Of a stretch of 64,000 nt of DNA, positions 53,802 to 64,000 are shown in pieces; within the stretch, counting starts at the first letter, position 1; each line of letters starts with the position of its first letter. Made by a program: the position numbers and the translations under genes. The notes under the pieces are model-generated. The model did no database searches. It had not been told where the DNA came from and saw nothing but the letters and a program-made list of their open reading frames with translations. Source of the DNA: an uncultured Actinomycetes bacterium (GTDB lineage: Bacteria > Actinomycetota > Thermoleophilia > RBG-16-64-13); contig CAVPLM010000005.1 in NCBI GenBank assembly GCA_963706025.1, positions 736,001 through 800,000 on the forward strand, written 5' to 3'.

Positions 53802-56800
53802 CTATTTGATCCTGACGATGAGCACAGCGGCCTGAGCCCGAGTGAGGTTCGACAGAGGCATCAGGTGAATGCCGTCGCCGAGAACCACCCCGTGATAGAC
53901 CAGGTATGCGGAGTAGGGAGCGTGCACGGGCCCAACCTCCGAAGCGTCCGCGAACGGGGCCAGGACGGAGGCGCCCTCCTCCATGTACCAAGCGGCCACC
54001 GAGGGGTAGCTGCCGCTCTCGCCGGTGATATGACCGGTTGCGGCCAACTCCAGGTCAGAGAGATAGCGACCGAGAATGCTGTTCGCCTGCTGCCTGGTGA
54101 TCGTTTGGGACGGCCGGAATGTGCCGTCCGGGTAGCCGATCACAATGCGGGCTCCGGCTGCTCCTTCAATCCAAGCGTAGTAGAAATGGGTAGCCGGAAC
54201 ATCGCTGAAACTGGGCGTCGCAGGAGAGAGCGCGGGTAGTCCGAATCCATCCACGACCATCTTGGAGAACTGGGCTCGGCTAACGTCCAGAGCCGGCCGG
54301 AAGGTGCCATCGGGGTATCCATCCGCCACTGCGTCCACTTGCTCAGCGGTCACCCCATACATGTCCACCCACTGCTGATTGCTGATGTCGGTCCATCGAT
54401 CAGGAGCGACTGCGAACTCAGCCACAACGGTGAGATCCGCTCTCACATCGGTATCGGTACGCGAGGCGGTAGTAACCCCGTCACTCCAAACAACGAACCG
54501 GTAGCCTGGATCAGGCACAGCCGTGACCTCGGTTCCGTCCCGGCTCTGTCTGACAATCTGCACGCTTTCGCCTGCGATCGAACCGCCTTCACCGGCAACG
54601 TAGGTAAGAGTGTAGGTGGGCACAACCACGTCCGGCAGGAATAGTGCTCTCACACTCTTGTCGGCCAAAACGTCGGTGTCTATGCGCGAAGCGGTCGTCA
54701 ACCCATCAGTCCACTTGTAGAAGCGGTAGCCGGGCTCTGGAACGGCGGTGACCCTGGTGCCGTCCTCGCCGGGCTCAACGGTCTGCCGACTCGGCCCCGC
54801 GATGGAACCGCCTTTGCCGGCCTCGTAGATCAGAGTGTAGATGGCGGCCACGTCCGTCACGGTGATGGTGAGGGCCTGAGTGTCGCTCAAGGCCGGGGTG
54901 CCGTTGTCGGTCACCTGTATGGTCACCTCATAGACGTTGTCGGCACCCACGTCGGTGGGAGTCTCGAAGTCGGGAGGGCTGAGGAAGGTCAGGACCCCGC
55001 TGGAGCCGTCGAGGTGGAACTTGGCCTGATCGGCCCCGCCGATGATGCTGTAGGTGAGAGTCTGGCCGGCGTCGGGGTCGGTGGCGGTCGACCGTGGTCA
55101 CCGCCGTAGAGTTCTCGGCCACGGAGATGGCGGCGGCGGCCCCGCCCCCGTTGCTGGTGATGACGGGGGGCTGGTTTTCAACGGCGTCCGTCACGGTGAT
55201 GGTGAGGGCCTGAGTGTCGCTCAAGGCCGGGTGAGTCGTCCGTCACCTCATAGACGTTGTGGCACCCGTCGGTGGGAGTCTCGAAGTCGGAGGGCTGAGG
55301 AAGGTCAGGACCCCGCTGGAGCCGTCGAGGAACTGCGATGCTGCTGTCGTAGTGAGAGTCTGGCCGGCGTCGGGGTCGGTGGCCGATGGTCACCGCCGTA
55401 GAGTTCTCGGCCACGAGATGGCGGCGGTCGATGACGGAGGTGCCGTTGGCGGTGATGGTATCGTAGGTGAGGCCGACCGCGTCGGTGGCTCGCACCGTCA
55501 CGGTGGGAAGCGTATCGAGGGACGTGGCCCGAGCGGTGCCTGAGAGAGCTCGGTAAGGTCGCGGCCGTGCCGGGTCGGTGCCGCTCAGGGTCCCCACGAC
55601 GGCGTCGGCCCCGGCATTCTCGGGCACGCTGGTGTTGGAGAGAGCGATGTCGGTGGGGGCCTCGTTGACGTCGGTGACGGTGACGCTAATGATCTGCGCA
55701 TCGCTGTTGGAGCCGTCGCTCGCCTCTACTGTCAGCTCATAGACGTTGTCGGCACCCACGTCGGTGGGGTTCTCGAAGTCGGGAGGGCTGAGGAAGGTCA
55801 GGACCCCGCTGGAGCCGTCGAGGTGGAACCTGGCCTGATCGGCCCCGCCGATGATGCTGTAGGTGAGCTGGCCGGCGTCTGGGTCGGTGGCCGCGACCGT
55901 GGTCACCACGGTAGAGTTCTCGGCCACGGAGATGGCGGCGGCGGCCCCGCCCCCGTTGCTGGTGATGCTGGGAGGCTCGTCAACGTCGGTGACGGTGATG
56001 GTGAAGGTCTCGTCGTAGGTGAGGCCGACCGCGTCGGTGGCTCGCACCGTCACGGTATAGGAGGAAGCACCTCGTAATCGAAGGAGGCGGTGGCCCGAAG
56101 CGTGGCGCCAGAGATGTTGAAGAGGGCGTTGTCGGTAAGACCGGCCGGCAGGCTGAAGGTAAGGGTGGCGCTCTGGCCCACGTCCGGGTCGGTGCCGCTC
56201 AGGGTCCCCACGACGGCGTCGGCCCCGGCATTCTCGGGCACGCTGGTGTTGGAGAGAGCGATGTCGGTGGGGGACGCGTACGGCGTGAGCGAGAAGTCAT
56301 CCACGGCCAGGCCGTCATCGGCCCGGGGACAAGGTCGCTGTCTGCCCAGCGGATCCAGAAGGTGCCCCCGTTCGGGATGTTCAGGCCGGTGATGGTGAAG
56401 CTCAGAGCCGTCCGGTTTGAAGCTGCGTTGCCGTCCAGGGCCCCTACCGTGCCGGTGATCACCGGGCTGGAGAAATCGAGGCCGTTGTGGTCCGTCCAGG
56501 TTCCGGTGGAGAGACTGGTCGCATCCGTGCTTAGTTGGAAGTCGAGCCGGTCCGCCGCTCGGCCGGCCGTGTTCTGGCCCAGGCGCCACTGCTCGCCCGT
56601 ATACGAGATCACCAGCGCCTGGATCGTCGACCCCGTGTTGTTGGTGAACTGGGCCCCGATGACGGGGGTGAGAGCGTTGCTGAGCAGGCAGCCAAACGCC
56701 CGCTCGGAACCGCTGGACACTCCGTAGCTGTAGGTGTCGCCGATGCTGCTTAGAGCCGGTGTCTGCACGATAGGCGGTGTTCACATAGGTGGAGGTGCCC

Positions 56801-57950
56801 GTCTCGAGGAAATACCACCCCAGAGGCACCGTGCCGCTGGATCCGCTTTGGGCGAGAGTGTCGAAATCCTGCGCGTAGGGACTGCCGGCAACACTCAGGG
56901 TTACGCTGCCGGCGGGAGGGTCGTCGACGTCGGTGACGGTGATGGTGAAGGTCTCGTCGTAGGTGAGGCCGACCGCGTCGGTGGCTCTCACCGTAACGGC
57001 TGTAGGAGGAAGCGACCTCGTAATCGAAGGAGGCGTTGGCCCGTAGCGTGGCGCCTGAGATGTTGAAGAGGGCGTTGTCGGAAAGACCGGCCGGCAGGCT
57101 GAAGGTAAGGGTGGCGCTCTGGCCCACGTCCGGGTCGGTGCCGCTCAGGGTCCCCACGACGGCGTCGGCCCCGGCGTTCTCGGCCACGCTGGTGTTGGAG
57201 AGGGCGATGTCGGTGGGGGACGTGTACGGCGTGAGCGAGAAGTCATCCACGGCCAGACCATCATCGGCACCGGGAACGAGGTCGCTGTCCGCCCAGCGGA
57301 TCCAGAAGGTGCCCCCGTTCGGGATACTCAAGCCGGTGATGGTGAAGCTCAGGGCCGTCCGGTTCGAAGCGGCGTTGCCGTTCAGGGCCCCCACCGTGCC
57401 GGTGATCACCGGGCTGGAGAAATCGAGGCCGTTGTAGTCCGATCCAGGTTCCGGTGGGCAGGGAGACTGGTCGCGTCCGTGCTTAGCTGGAAGTCGAGCC
57501 GGTCCGCCGCCCGTCCGGCCGTGTTCTGCCCCAGGCGCCATTGCTCGCCCGTGTAAGAGATCGCGAGCGACTGATGACGCCGCCGCGTGTTGTTGGTGAA
57601 CTGGGCCCCGATGCGAGGGACGAGGGTGCCACTGAGCAGGCCGCCAAACGCGCGTTCCGTAGTACCGGCGGCTCCGTAGCTGTAGGTGTCGCCGGTGTTG
57701 CTCGAGCCCGTTCCCGCCGTGTAGGTGGTGTTCGCATTGGTGCCCGTCTCGAAGAAATCCCAACCAGAGGCACCGCCGTGTTCGACGTCCCGGTTGAGGC
57801 GAGGGTGTCGAAATCCTGCGGGTAGGTGCCGCCGGCAACATTCAGGGCTTACGCTGCCGGCAGCCTGGGCCTCGCCGTGCATCCCCCCAAGGACATCAAC
57901 AGTGCGAGGGTGACCATGACCAAAGCCACCCGATAAGGTTGGGACTTCAT
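53802..57950 (-). CDS. Large SLH-anchored surface protein with duplicated N-terminal domain, cadherin-like and InlB-B-type repeats (many frameshifts)
   Basis: Signal peptide MKSQPYRVALVMVTLALL; two YTGEQWR...DDGLAVDDF domains; cadherin motifs (SVAEN, DPD, DFE/DYE, DVNE); two PEPGYRF..WSDG repeats; SLH motifs GYPDGTFRP and TRAQ. Confidence 0.8.
55985..57862. repeat. About 0.94-kb near-identical tandem duplication within the surface protein gene
   Basis: 56930-57862 matches 55985-56913; for example gctgaaggtaagggtggcgctctggcccacgtccgggtcggtgccgctcaggg occurs at ~56152 and ~57098. Confidence 0.85.
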
Positions 57951-58216
57951 CACTGATGCCTCCTGCCCTCCGGTCGCCCAGACGTCTTGTTCGGGTCTGG
58001 CGCGTCCACATCCAACAGTCTCGGGGCGAAACGAACTCGAGTGAAGCAGGAGAGGGCCATTGGAGCGTCTTTCCGCGACCACGCCGCGTCCGCCGTGGTC
58101 TCTACGGCGCTTTCCCCCATCGCGCCCCTCTGCTTGAGATCTTACCGGAGGGTAGCCCCTTCCGGCAGACCCTCCAGTGGGATTCATAGGTCATTCAGCG
58201 GACGAGGAATCCTCTC

Positions 58217-59536
58217 CTACCAGAGTCCGACAGTGAGAGTGATCGAGGCCGCTATCCTCTGCAAAGCCGCCCCGTATTCGGAGCCCACGGCCCATTTGCC
58301 GCTCAACTCGTTCACCGTGCGCACGTTCCCCTTGTGAGGACTGCCGTTGTCCTGCACGAAGTGGCGCGGGTCTCCGGGAGTGGTTATGGGCCCACCTGCC
58401 GGCTGCTCCACTTTCACGCAGTAAGGATCGGAGATGTGCCCTGGATAGACGTACCACGCCAGATGCGCATACTGGGCGATCACGCCCAGCTCAGCGGTGG
58501 CGAACGAGTTGCCCTGCACTCCGGGGCCGGTGGCTCCGATACCGGCCATGTTGTTCTGCTCGGGCAGCACCACCCCGCCATACTGGCCGTATCCGGTCTC
58601 GTGGATCATTTGCGCCCAGGCCATGTCGGCCCTGATGCCGAAACGCTTGCCGTAGACGACGTAAAGCTTGGCCAGAGCATCGAGCGAGATCGAGAACTTA
58701 CCGTCATTCCCCCCGGTTTGCTGCCTGAAGTAGCGCACCAGATCGCTGGAGTCGCCCAGGAAGCGTCCGTTGAGCCCGGCCTGATCGGTACCCATGATAT
58801 TGAACAGGAGCGCCGCCGCCTCCGCCCGGGTGGCTGCGCGCAGGGGCGAGATCGACTTGAGCGCCGTTCCCGGAGGTGCCAGCTCCCGCAGCAGGCCGTT
58901 GTACTGCGCTACTCGGGCGATCACGGCGTGCACCGGGCTGAAATTGCCCCAGGCCGACTTGTAGGAAGCCGGGGGTACGATCAAGGGGCGCATCGTCGCC
59001 CGGGTACCCATGGTCACCAGCTGGGCCATGGTGACGGAAGCGTCGGGCTTGAACACCGGACCTTTGCTTCCCGGATAGCCGGTGACGATGCCCTCCCGGG
59101 CGGCGGCCGCCACGTAGTTATCGGGGTAGAGTTCGAGGTCCGTGCTCTTCTTCACGTCCCCGAAAGGACACTTGTCGTCCTCGCTCACAGGGAGGCGCAT
59201 GGCCAGGATGACCATCTTGGCGAGCTGGGCCCGGGTAACTTTTGCGTTCGGACGGAAAGTCCCGTCCGAGTAACCGTTTATGATCCCTAGTTGGGCAAGG
59301 GTCTCGATCTGCACCCGGTAGGGGTTCGACGCTGAGACGTCCTTGAAGCCGGCCGCCTGGGCGCCGGCGATCCGCGGCTGGAAGAGCATAACGGCGAGGA
59401 CAACCACCAGCACCAGGGCGCACAGGCCCAGTACTCTCAGGGACATGAACTCCGGGAACCTGGACTTCGAGGAGGTCGACTCTGCGGAGTCAGACGAGAA
59501 GGAGATAGCTTTCATGGTCGGGAAGGATACCAGCAT
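58217..59536 (-). CDS. SLH-domain glucosaminidase (GH73-like cell-wall hydrolase)
   Basis: TM/signal segment, SLH GYSDGTFRPNAKVTRAQ, catalytic AWAQMIHETG, QNNMAGIGA, LSGKWA. Start could be 59446. Confidence 0.85.
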   Translation of the reverse strand: MLVSFPTMKAISFSSDSAESTSSKSRFPEFMSLRVLGLCALVLVVVLAVMLFQPRIAGAQAAGFKDVSASNPYRVQIETLAQLGIINGYSDGTFRPNAKVTRAQLAKMVILAMRLPVSEDDKCPFGDVKKSTDLELYPDNYVAAAAREGIVTGYPGSKGPVFKPDASVTMAQLVTMGTRATMRPLIVPPASYKSAWGNFSPVHAVIARVAQYNGLLRELAPPGTALKSISPLRAATRAEAAALLFNIMGTDQAGLNGRFLGDSSDLVRYFRQQTGGNDGKFSISLDALAKLYVVYGKRFGIRADMAWAQMIHETGYGQYGGVVLPEQNNMAGIGATGPGVQGNSFATAELGVIAQYAHLAWYVYPGHISDPYCVKVEQPAGGPITTPGDPRHFVQDNGSPHKGNVRTVNELSGKWAVGSEYGAALQRIAASITLTVGLW

Positions 59537-59678
59537 ATGTCACCCCGGGCCTGTTCTGGGTCCGCCCCCGCTGCACCAAGACATCCGGCCGGCAAGGGAC
59601 CACGACCCTCTTCATCAACCTCTATACTTTCCCGCCGAAGGCCTCGAGCCCTCCAAATCCATCGACAGGAGCCACCTG

Positions 59679-60422
59679 GTGACCCGACGGATCACTACCC
59701 TGACGTTCGACTTCTGGAACACGCTCTACTCCGCCGACGGCGGAGCCATGGACGTGGTCCGCCCGCGGAGACTGGATACACTGCGAAGGATGCTGCGCGG
59801 TTTCGGTCTCGATCCGTCGGACGACCAGATGCTGGAAGCCTACCGTTCAGGTTTCGACGCCTACATGGCGGCGTGGACACAGGGGCTGCACTTTGGAGCT
59901 CACGATCAGGTCGCGCACATCTTGAACCGGTTCGATCTGGTGCCCGGCCCCGAGGATGAAGGACTTCTCGTCGAGACCGCGCTGGAGATCGAAGAAGCTT
60001 CGCTACTGGCCCCCCTTGAGCCGCTTCCCGGTGTGCTCGAGACGGTCCCGGCGCTGGCGAGTGCGGGCTACCGGCTTGGGCTCATCTCCGATACCAGTCT
60101 GACCCCGGGGCGGATACTGAAAAGGCTGTTGGCCGGTGACGGACTGCTCGCGCACTTCGAAGCCCTCACCTTCTCCGACGAGACCGGCTACACGAAGCCC
60201 GACCCGCGCATGTTTGAGCAGACACTGGCGCCGCTCGGGGCGGGGCCGGCCGAGGCGGCCCACGTGGGTGACACCCCCCGTACCGATATCGCCGGGGCGA
60301 AAGACCTGGGCATGGTGGCCATCCGCTGTGCGGGGGCCGTCGACCACCCGGAGCCTCCCGAAGCCGATTTCGTCATCAGAGATCACAGGGAGCTCTCGGC
60401 TATCCTCGAGCGCCTGGGCTAG
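59679..60422 (+). CDS. HAD-superfamily hydrolase
   Basis: TFDFWNTL, LISDT, FSDE...KPDP, HVGDTPRTDIAGA. Confidence 0.9.
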   Translation: MTRRITTLTFDFWNTLYSADGGAMDVVRPRRLDTLRRMLRGFGLDPSDDQMLEAYRSGFDAYMAAWTQGLHFGAHDQVAHILNRFDLVPGPEDEGLLVETALEIEEASLLAPLEPLPGVLETVPALASAGYRLGLISDTSLTPGRILKRLLAGDGLLAHFEALTFSDETGYTKPDPRMFEQTLAPLGAGPAEAAHVGDTPRTDIAGAKDLGMVAIRCAGAVDHPEPPEADFVIRDHRELSAILERLG

Positions 60423-60522
60423 GCAGATCGCTCGGGGCCTAAACGAACCGTATTCGAGCCGCGACGTCTCTGAAGAAGCTCCTCGACCAGAGTTCGAGAG
60501 AGGCGGGATCCTGATTCTTGCA

Positions 60523-60551
60523 TAGTATGTCGAGTATTAGTCGACATACTA
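60523..60551. repeat. AT-rich perfect 11-7-11 inverted repeat
   Basis: TAGTATGTCGA-gtattag-TCGACATACTA between convergent genes. Confidence 0.85.
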
Positions 60552-60634
60552 CGTCTAATTATTAATCATTGCTGTTGCGACGGCGCCGCCGCGGCGACTT
60601 ATACTGCCCAACGGCCCGACGGCCTCCCCCCTGA

Positions 60635-61915
60635 TCACGCCGCCAGTCGGTCCCCGCCGCGCGGCTCCGGCACAAAGGTGAGCATGAGCACACCCGCCAA
60701 GACCGCGGCAGCCGCTCCCACCCAGAACGGCGCGGACGGGGACACCCGGTCGTACAGCACACCGGCGATGACGCTGGCCGGCAGAGCCGCCAGCCCCAAC
60801 ACCATGTGGTAGGCGCCGAAGGCGCTGCCGCGGCGCTGCTTCGTCGAGAACTCGGCCAGCAGGGCCCGGCCGTTCCCGTCTGCGATGGCCATGTAGACCC
60901 CGTAGACCACGAACACCCCCCACACCGCCGCCTGTGACTGCGCTGTCGCCATCCAGGCGTAGGCGACAGCAAAGACGGCGAACCCGAGGAGGGCTACCTT
61001 GCGCCGTCCGATCCGATCGGACAAGAGGCCGGCCGGGACCGACAACGAGGAGTAGACCAGGTTGAAGACCAGATAGAGCACGGGGATCATGACCGTCGCG
61101 ACCTGCAGATCCTGGGCCCGCAGTATCAGGAAGGCGTCCGACGAGTTCCCAAGAGAGAAGACGGCGGTGACGAAGAGGTACGCCGCCAGCGGCCCGCGTA
61201 TGCCCCCCGGGCGCGCGGCCTTTCCGCGCGACGTGGGCGGGACGTCGTCCGACCCTCCCGCCTCTCCCGCCCGACGCCTGCGATCGTGGATGAAGAACGC
61301 GATGACGGCCACGCATATGACTCCGGGTATGATCGAGATCCAGAAGACGGTCCGGTAGTCTTCCGGCCTCATCCACAGCACGACAAAGGCGATGGCCGGT
61401 CCTATGACTGCCCCGAATTGGTCCATCGCCCGGTGATAGCCGAACGAGCGTCCCAGCTCCCGCTTGTCGGTCGAGTCCGCCACGATCGCGTCCCGGGGGG
61501 CGGTCCGCACCCCTTTTCCGAAGCGGTCGATGAAACGCGCGGCGAGAACCATCCCCCACCCCCCGGACAGAGCCAGCAAGGGACGGCTGAGAGTGGAGAG
61601 GCTGTAGCCGAAGAGCATCAAGGGCTTTCGCCGGCCCAGCCTGTCGCTAAGCCAACCGGCGAACAGCTTGACCAGGCTGGCTGTGGTCTCGGCGATGCCT
61701 TCGATCACCCCTATCAGGGTCTTGTTGACCCCCAGGACCGAGGAAAGGAAGATCGGGACGAGCGAATAGACCATCTCGGAGCTCACGTCCATGAAGAACG
61801 ACGCGACCCCGGCGAAGAAGACGTTGCGATCGAGCCCCCAGATCTTGCCCCGGGGAGCAGGCTCGAGCGCGGGGCCTGCAGACCCGCTGGACGGGCCGAG
61901 CGGCTCTTGGCTCAA
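60635..61915 (-). CDS. MFS transporter
   Basis: About 12 TM segments; GWLSDRLGRRK, DRFGKGVRTAPRDA, LSDRIGRR. Confidence 0.92.
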   Translation of the reverse strand: MSQEPLGPSSGSAGPALEPAPRGKIWGLDRNVFFAGVASFFMDVSSEMVYSLVPIFLSSVLGVNKTLIGVIEGIAETTASLVKLFAGWLSDRLGRRKPLMLFGYSLSTLSRPLLALSGGWGMVLAARFIDRFGKGVRTAPRDAIVADSTDKRELGRSFGYHRAMDQFGAVIGPAIAFVVLWMRPEDYRTVFWISIIPGVICVAVIAFFIHDRRRRAGEAGGSDDVPPTSRGKAARPGGIRGPLAAYLFVTAVFSLGNSSDAFLILRAQDLQVATVMIPVLYLVFNLVYSSLSVPAGLLSDRIGRRKVALLGFAVFAVAYAWMATAQSQAAVWGVFVVYGVYMAIADGNGRALLAEFSTKQRRGSAFGAYHMVLGLAALPASVIAGVLYDRVSPSAPFWVGAAAAVLAGVLMLTFVPEPRGGDRLAA

Positions 61916-62751
61916 CTAGGATTGCTCCCCGGCGACCCGCGGTCGAACATCAAGCCTGAGTTGACGTCAGACTCGTCCAGCTTGCTCACGACTGCCTCCC
62001 GAATAGCGGCCGCCATGGTCACCGCTTCTCCCTGAGTAGAGGCCCAGGCCATCAGACGCACCGACACCCCGTTGCCGTCCGCATCTACCACCTGCACTAC
62101 GGGCTCCGGCTCGGGAAGGGACGAAGGATGGTTCCTGGCAGCGTCCAGGAGAAGCGACCGTACCGCCTCGAGGTCCGCGCTGTAGCTCAACCGCAGTATC
62201 ACTATCGCGGCGGAATTGGGGTCGACGAGTGTGAAGTTTTGAATGAACCGGTCGGATAGCAGCTTGTTGGGTATCAGCAAGTGCCTGTTGTCCACCATCC
62301 TGATGGTCGTGTAGAACAATCCGATGGAGACCACCGTGCCGGCTTGGCCGTCTATGCTGACGCTGTCAAGGAGCCGCACAGGTTGAACGAAGGCGATGAT
62401 GATCCCCGAGATTAGGTTCGAAAAGACCGTCTGAGCGGCGAAGCCTATGGCGATCCCGGTCACCCCCGCGGTGGCGAACATCCATGTGGACACCTTCTTC
62501 AGCGTCTCCACATCCAGGATCCAAAACGCTATCCCGAAGGCGATGAAGTAAACCGCGACCATGCTGAGGCGCGCGATCATCCTGAATCTGGTCTCGGCCC
62601 CGGGGTCCTTGGTGGCGAGGTCGTATCGCTGGGAGAAAAGGCGGATGGAGCGCCGGATGAGCCGGTTGATAAGCCAGGCGGCTACCAGCACCGCGATCGC
62701 GATGCCGACCCTGACCCAAAGCTCGGTATCCTGTATCTGCAAATCGTCCAT
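61912..62751 (-). CDS. Small-conductance mechanosensitive channel (MscS family)
   Basis: AIGFAAQTVFSNLISG, GTVVSIGLFYT, IPN. Confidence 0.9.
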   Translation of the reverse strand: MDDLQIQDTELWVRVGIAIAVLVAAWLINRLIRRSIRLFSQRYDLATKDPGAETRFRMIARLSMVAVYFIAFGIAFWILDVETLKKVSTWMFATAGVTGIAIGFAAQTVFSNLISGIIIAFVQPVRLLDSVSIDGQAGTVVSIGLFYTTIRMVDNRHLLIPNKLLSDRFIQNFTLVDPNSAAIVILRLSYSADLEAVRSLLLDAARNHPSSLPEPEPVVQVVDADGNGVSVRLMAWASTQGEAVTMAAAIREAVVSKLDESDVNSGLMFDRGSPGSNPS

Positions 62752-62906
62752 GGTTCGAGCTCAACTATAGCGCGCGGATGGCGAGATGCGGGACTGCCGG
62801 GGCCCACGACACTGGCCACCACGAGCCGGCCCCCGTTGGCCCCGCGCATAGCCCAGGGCCCAACGGGGGAAGATAGGGACGCGGGCCCAATGCTGGAGTC
62901 GGAGGT

Positions 62907-63539
62907 ATGACAGTGCCTGAAGATCCCGAAGCGGCGCTGCGCGAATACCGCAGCCGTCGCGACTTCTTGCGCACCGGGGAGCCGGCCGGTGGTGAGGCGG
63001 GCGAGGCGGCGCAGGCAACCGAACGGCCTGTGTTCGTGGTGCAGAAACACGCCGCGTCCAGTCTGCATTACGATCTGAGGTTGGAGTCGGGAGGCGTTCT
63101 CAAATCCTGGGCCGTTCCCAAGGGACCCTCCCTAGACCCGGCCGACAAGCGTTTGGCGGTCATGACCGAGGACCACCCCTTGGAATACGCGGCCTTTGAG
63201 GGGACCATCCCCGAGGGGGAGTACGGGGCCGGCACGGTCATGCTATGGGACTTCGGCTGGTGGGAGCCGGACACAGCCTGGATGAAAGAGGCGAAAGGCG
63301 GCGCCGGGGAGCCGGTCGAGCCCGAGGCGGCGCTGGCCCACGGCGAGCTCAAGTTCATCATCCACGGGCAGAAGCTCACCGGCAGCTGGGCGCTGGTGCA
63401 GATGAAGGGCCGGGGCGAGAAGAACTGGCTGCTCATCAAACACCGCGACGCCGCGGCCAGGTCGGGGTCGAGCGTCACCGAGGACGCTCCGGACTCGGTG
63501 GCCTCCGGCCGGTCCCTGGGCGAGATCGCGGCGGGCTAG
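62907..63539 (+). CDS. LigD 3'-phosphoesterase domain protein
   Basis: EYRSRRDF..T.EP, FVVQKHAAS.LHYDLRLE, SWAVPKGPS, EDHPLEY, YGAG, WLLIK. Confidence 0.93.
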   Translation: MTVPEDPEAALREYRSRRDFLRTGEPAGGEAGEAAQATERPVFVVQKHAASSLHYDLRLESGGVLKSWAVPKGPSLDPADKRLAVMTEDHPLEYAAFEGTIPEGEYGAGTVMLWDFGWWEPDTAWMKEAKGGAGEPVEPEAALAHGELKFIIHGQKLTGSWALVQMKGRGEKNWLLIKHRDAAARSGSSVTEDAPDSVASGRSLGEIAAG

Positions 63540-63543
63540 GCCG

Positions 63544-64000
63544 ATGGTGCCACAGGGCCCCCAGGCCGGCCAGCCCGGCCAAAAAGGCAGGGCGCACCCC
63601 AGCCGGGCGCAGACCAGCCCGGAGACGCCCACCTTCCGCTTCGGCGAGAAAGAGGTCACCTTCACCCATCTCGACCGCGTCTACTACCCGCAGACCGGCT
63701 ACACGAAGGCGGAGGTGCTCGACTACTACCTCAGGGTGGCCCCTTTTCTGCTGCCCCATCTCAAGGACCGGGCTCTCACTCTCGAGCGGTGGCCCGAAGG
63801 GGTAGAGGACGGATCATTTTTCCAGAAGAATGCTTCTTCCTATTTCCCCTCCTGGCTCCGTACCTTCCCCGTGGAGCGCAAGGACCACCAGAAAGTCGTG
63901 CACTATCCGGTGGTCGAGGACGAAGCCGATCTGCTGTATCTGGTCAATCAGGGGACCATCACCTTCCACACGCAGATGGCGCGGGTGGACGACCCCGAGC
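63544..64000 (+). CDS. LigD polymerase/primase domain protein (truncated by window end)
   Basis: THLDRVYYP...TKAEVLDYY...PHLKDR.LTLERWPEG...FFQKN. Confidence 0.9.
   Translation, partial: MVPQGPQAGQPGQKGRAHPSRAQTSPETPTFRFGEKEVTFTHLDRVYYPQTGYTKAEVLDYYLRVAPFLLPHLKDRALTLERWPEGVEDGSFFQKNASSYFPSWLRTFPVERKDHQKVVHYPVVEDEADLLYLVNQGTITFHTQMARVDDPE

Noticed and set aside
58140-58202. Possible c-di-AMP (ydaO) riboswitch upstream of the surface protein (CGCTGAAT...TGAATC...GCTACCC...GGTAAG)
   Set aside because: It lacks the GGGGAACC and CAGCUAAC core segments and is better explained as a simple hairpin after the upstream gene. An Rfam cmsearch would settle it.

Overview
High-GC bacterial chromosomal segment of mostly housekeeping and stress genes, probably from an anaerobic Actinomycetota such as Thermoleophilia (inferred from gene content, not verified). 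Many single-base indels break even essential genes (gcvPA, hisD, hisH, leuBCD, feoB, modA/C), which points to an unpolished long-read consensus, so several apparent fusions in the ORF track are artefacts. Contents: OmpR regulator, gcvPA/PB, STAS/anti-sigma modules, selD, a Nur-like regulator with a NikMNQO/CbiMNQO transporter, an FprA redox cluster, gdhA, his genes, modABC, a Mo-bisPGD oxidoreductase, dnaE, cimA/ilvE/leuCDB, dtxR-feoAB, an orphan encapsulin-type ferritin, two SLH surface proteins and split LigD genes. No rRNA, tRNA, CRISPR array or IS element was recognised. Highlights: (1) two UGA-recoded selenoproteins missed by the ORF track, each with a SECIS-like hairpin: SelD and a tandem-GNAT-like/rhodanese fusion with a C-x4-U loop, coupled to a SAM methyltransferase; (2) a transhydroxylase-like Mo enzyme coupled to a Ccr-like reductase/enoyl-CoA hydratase fusion, upstream of modABC; (3) a Nur box over the -10 of a Nur-like gene with altered Ni-site ligands; (4) a dispersed set of SigB/SigF-type promoters.
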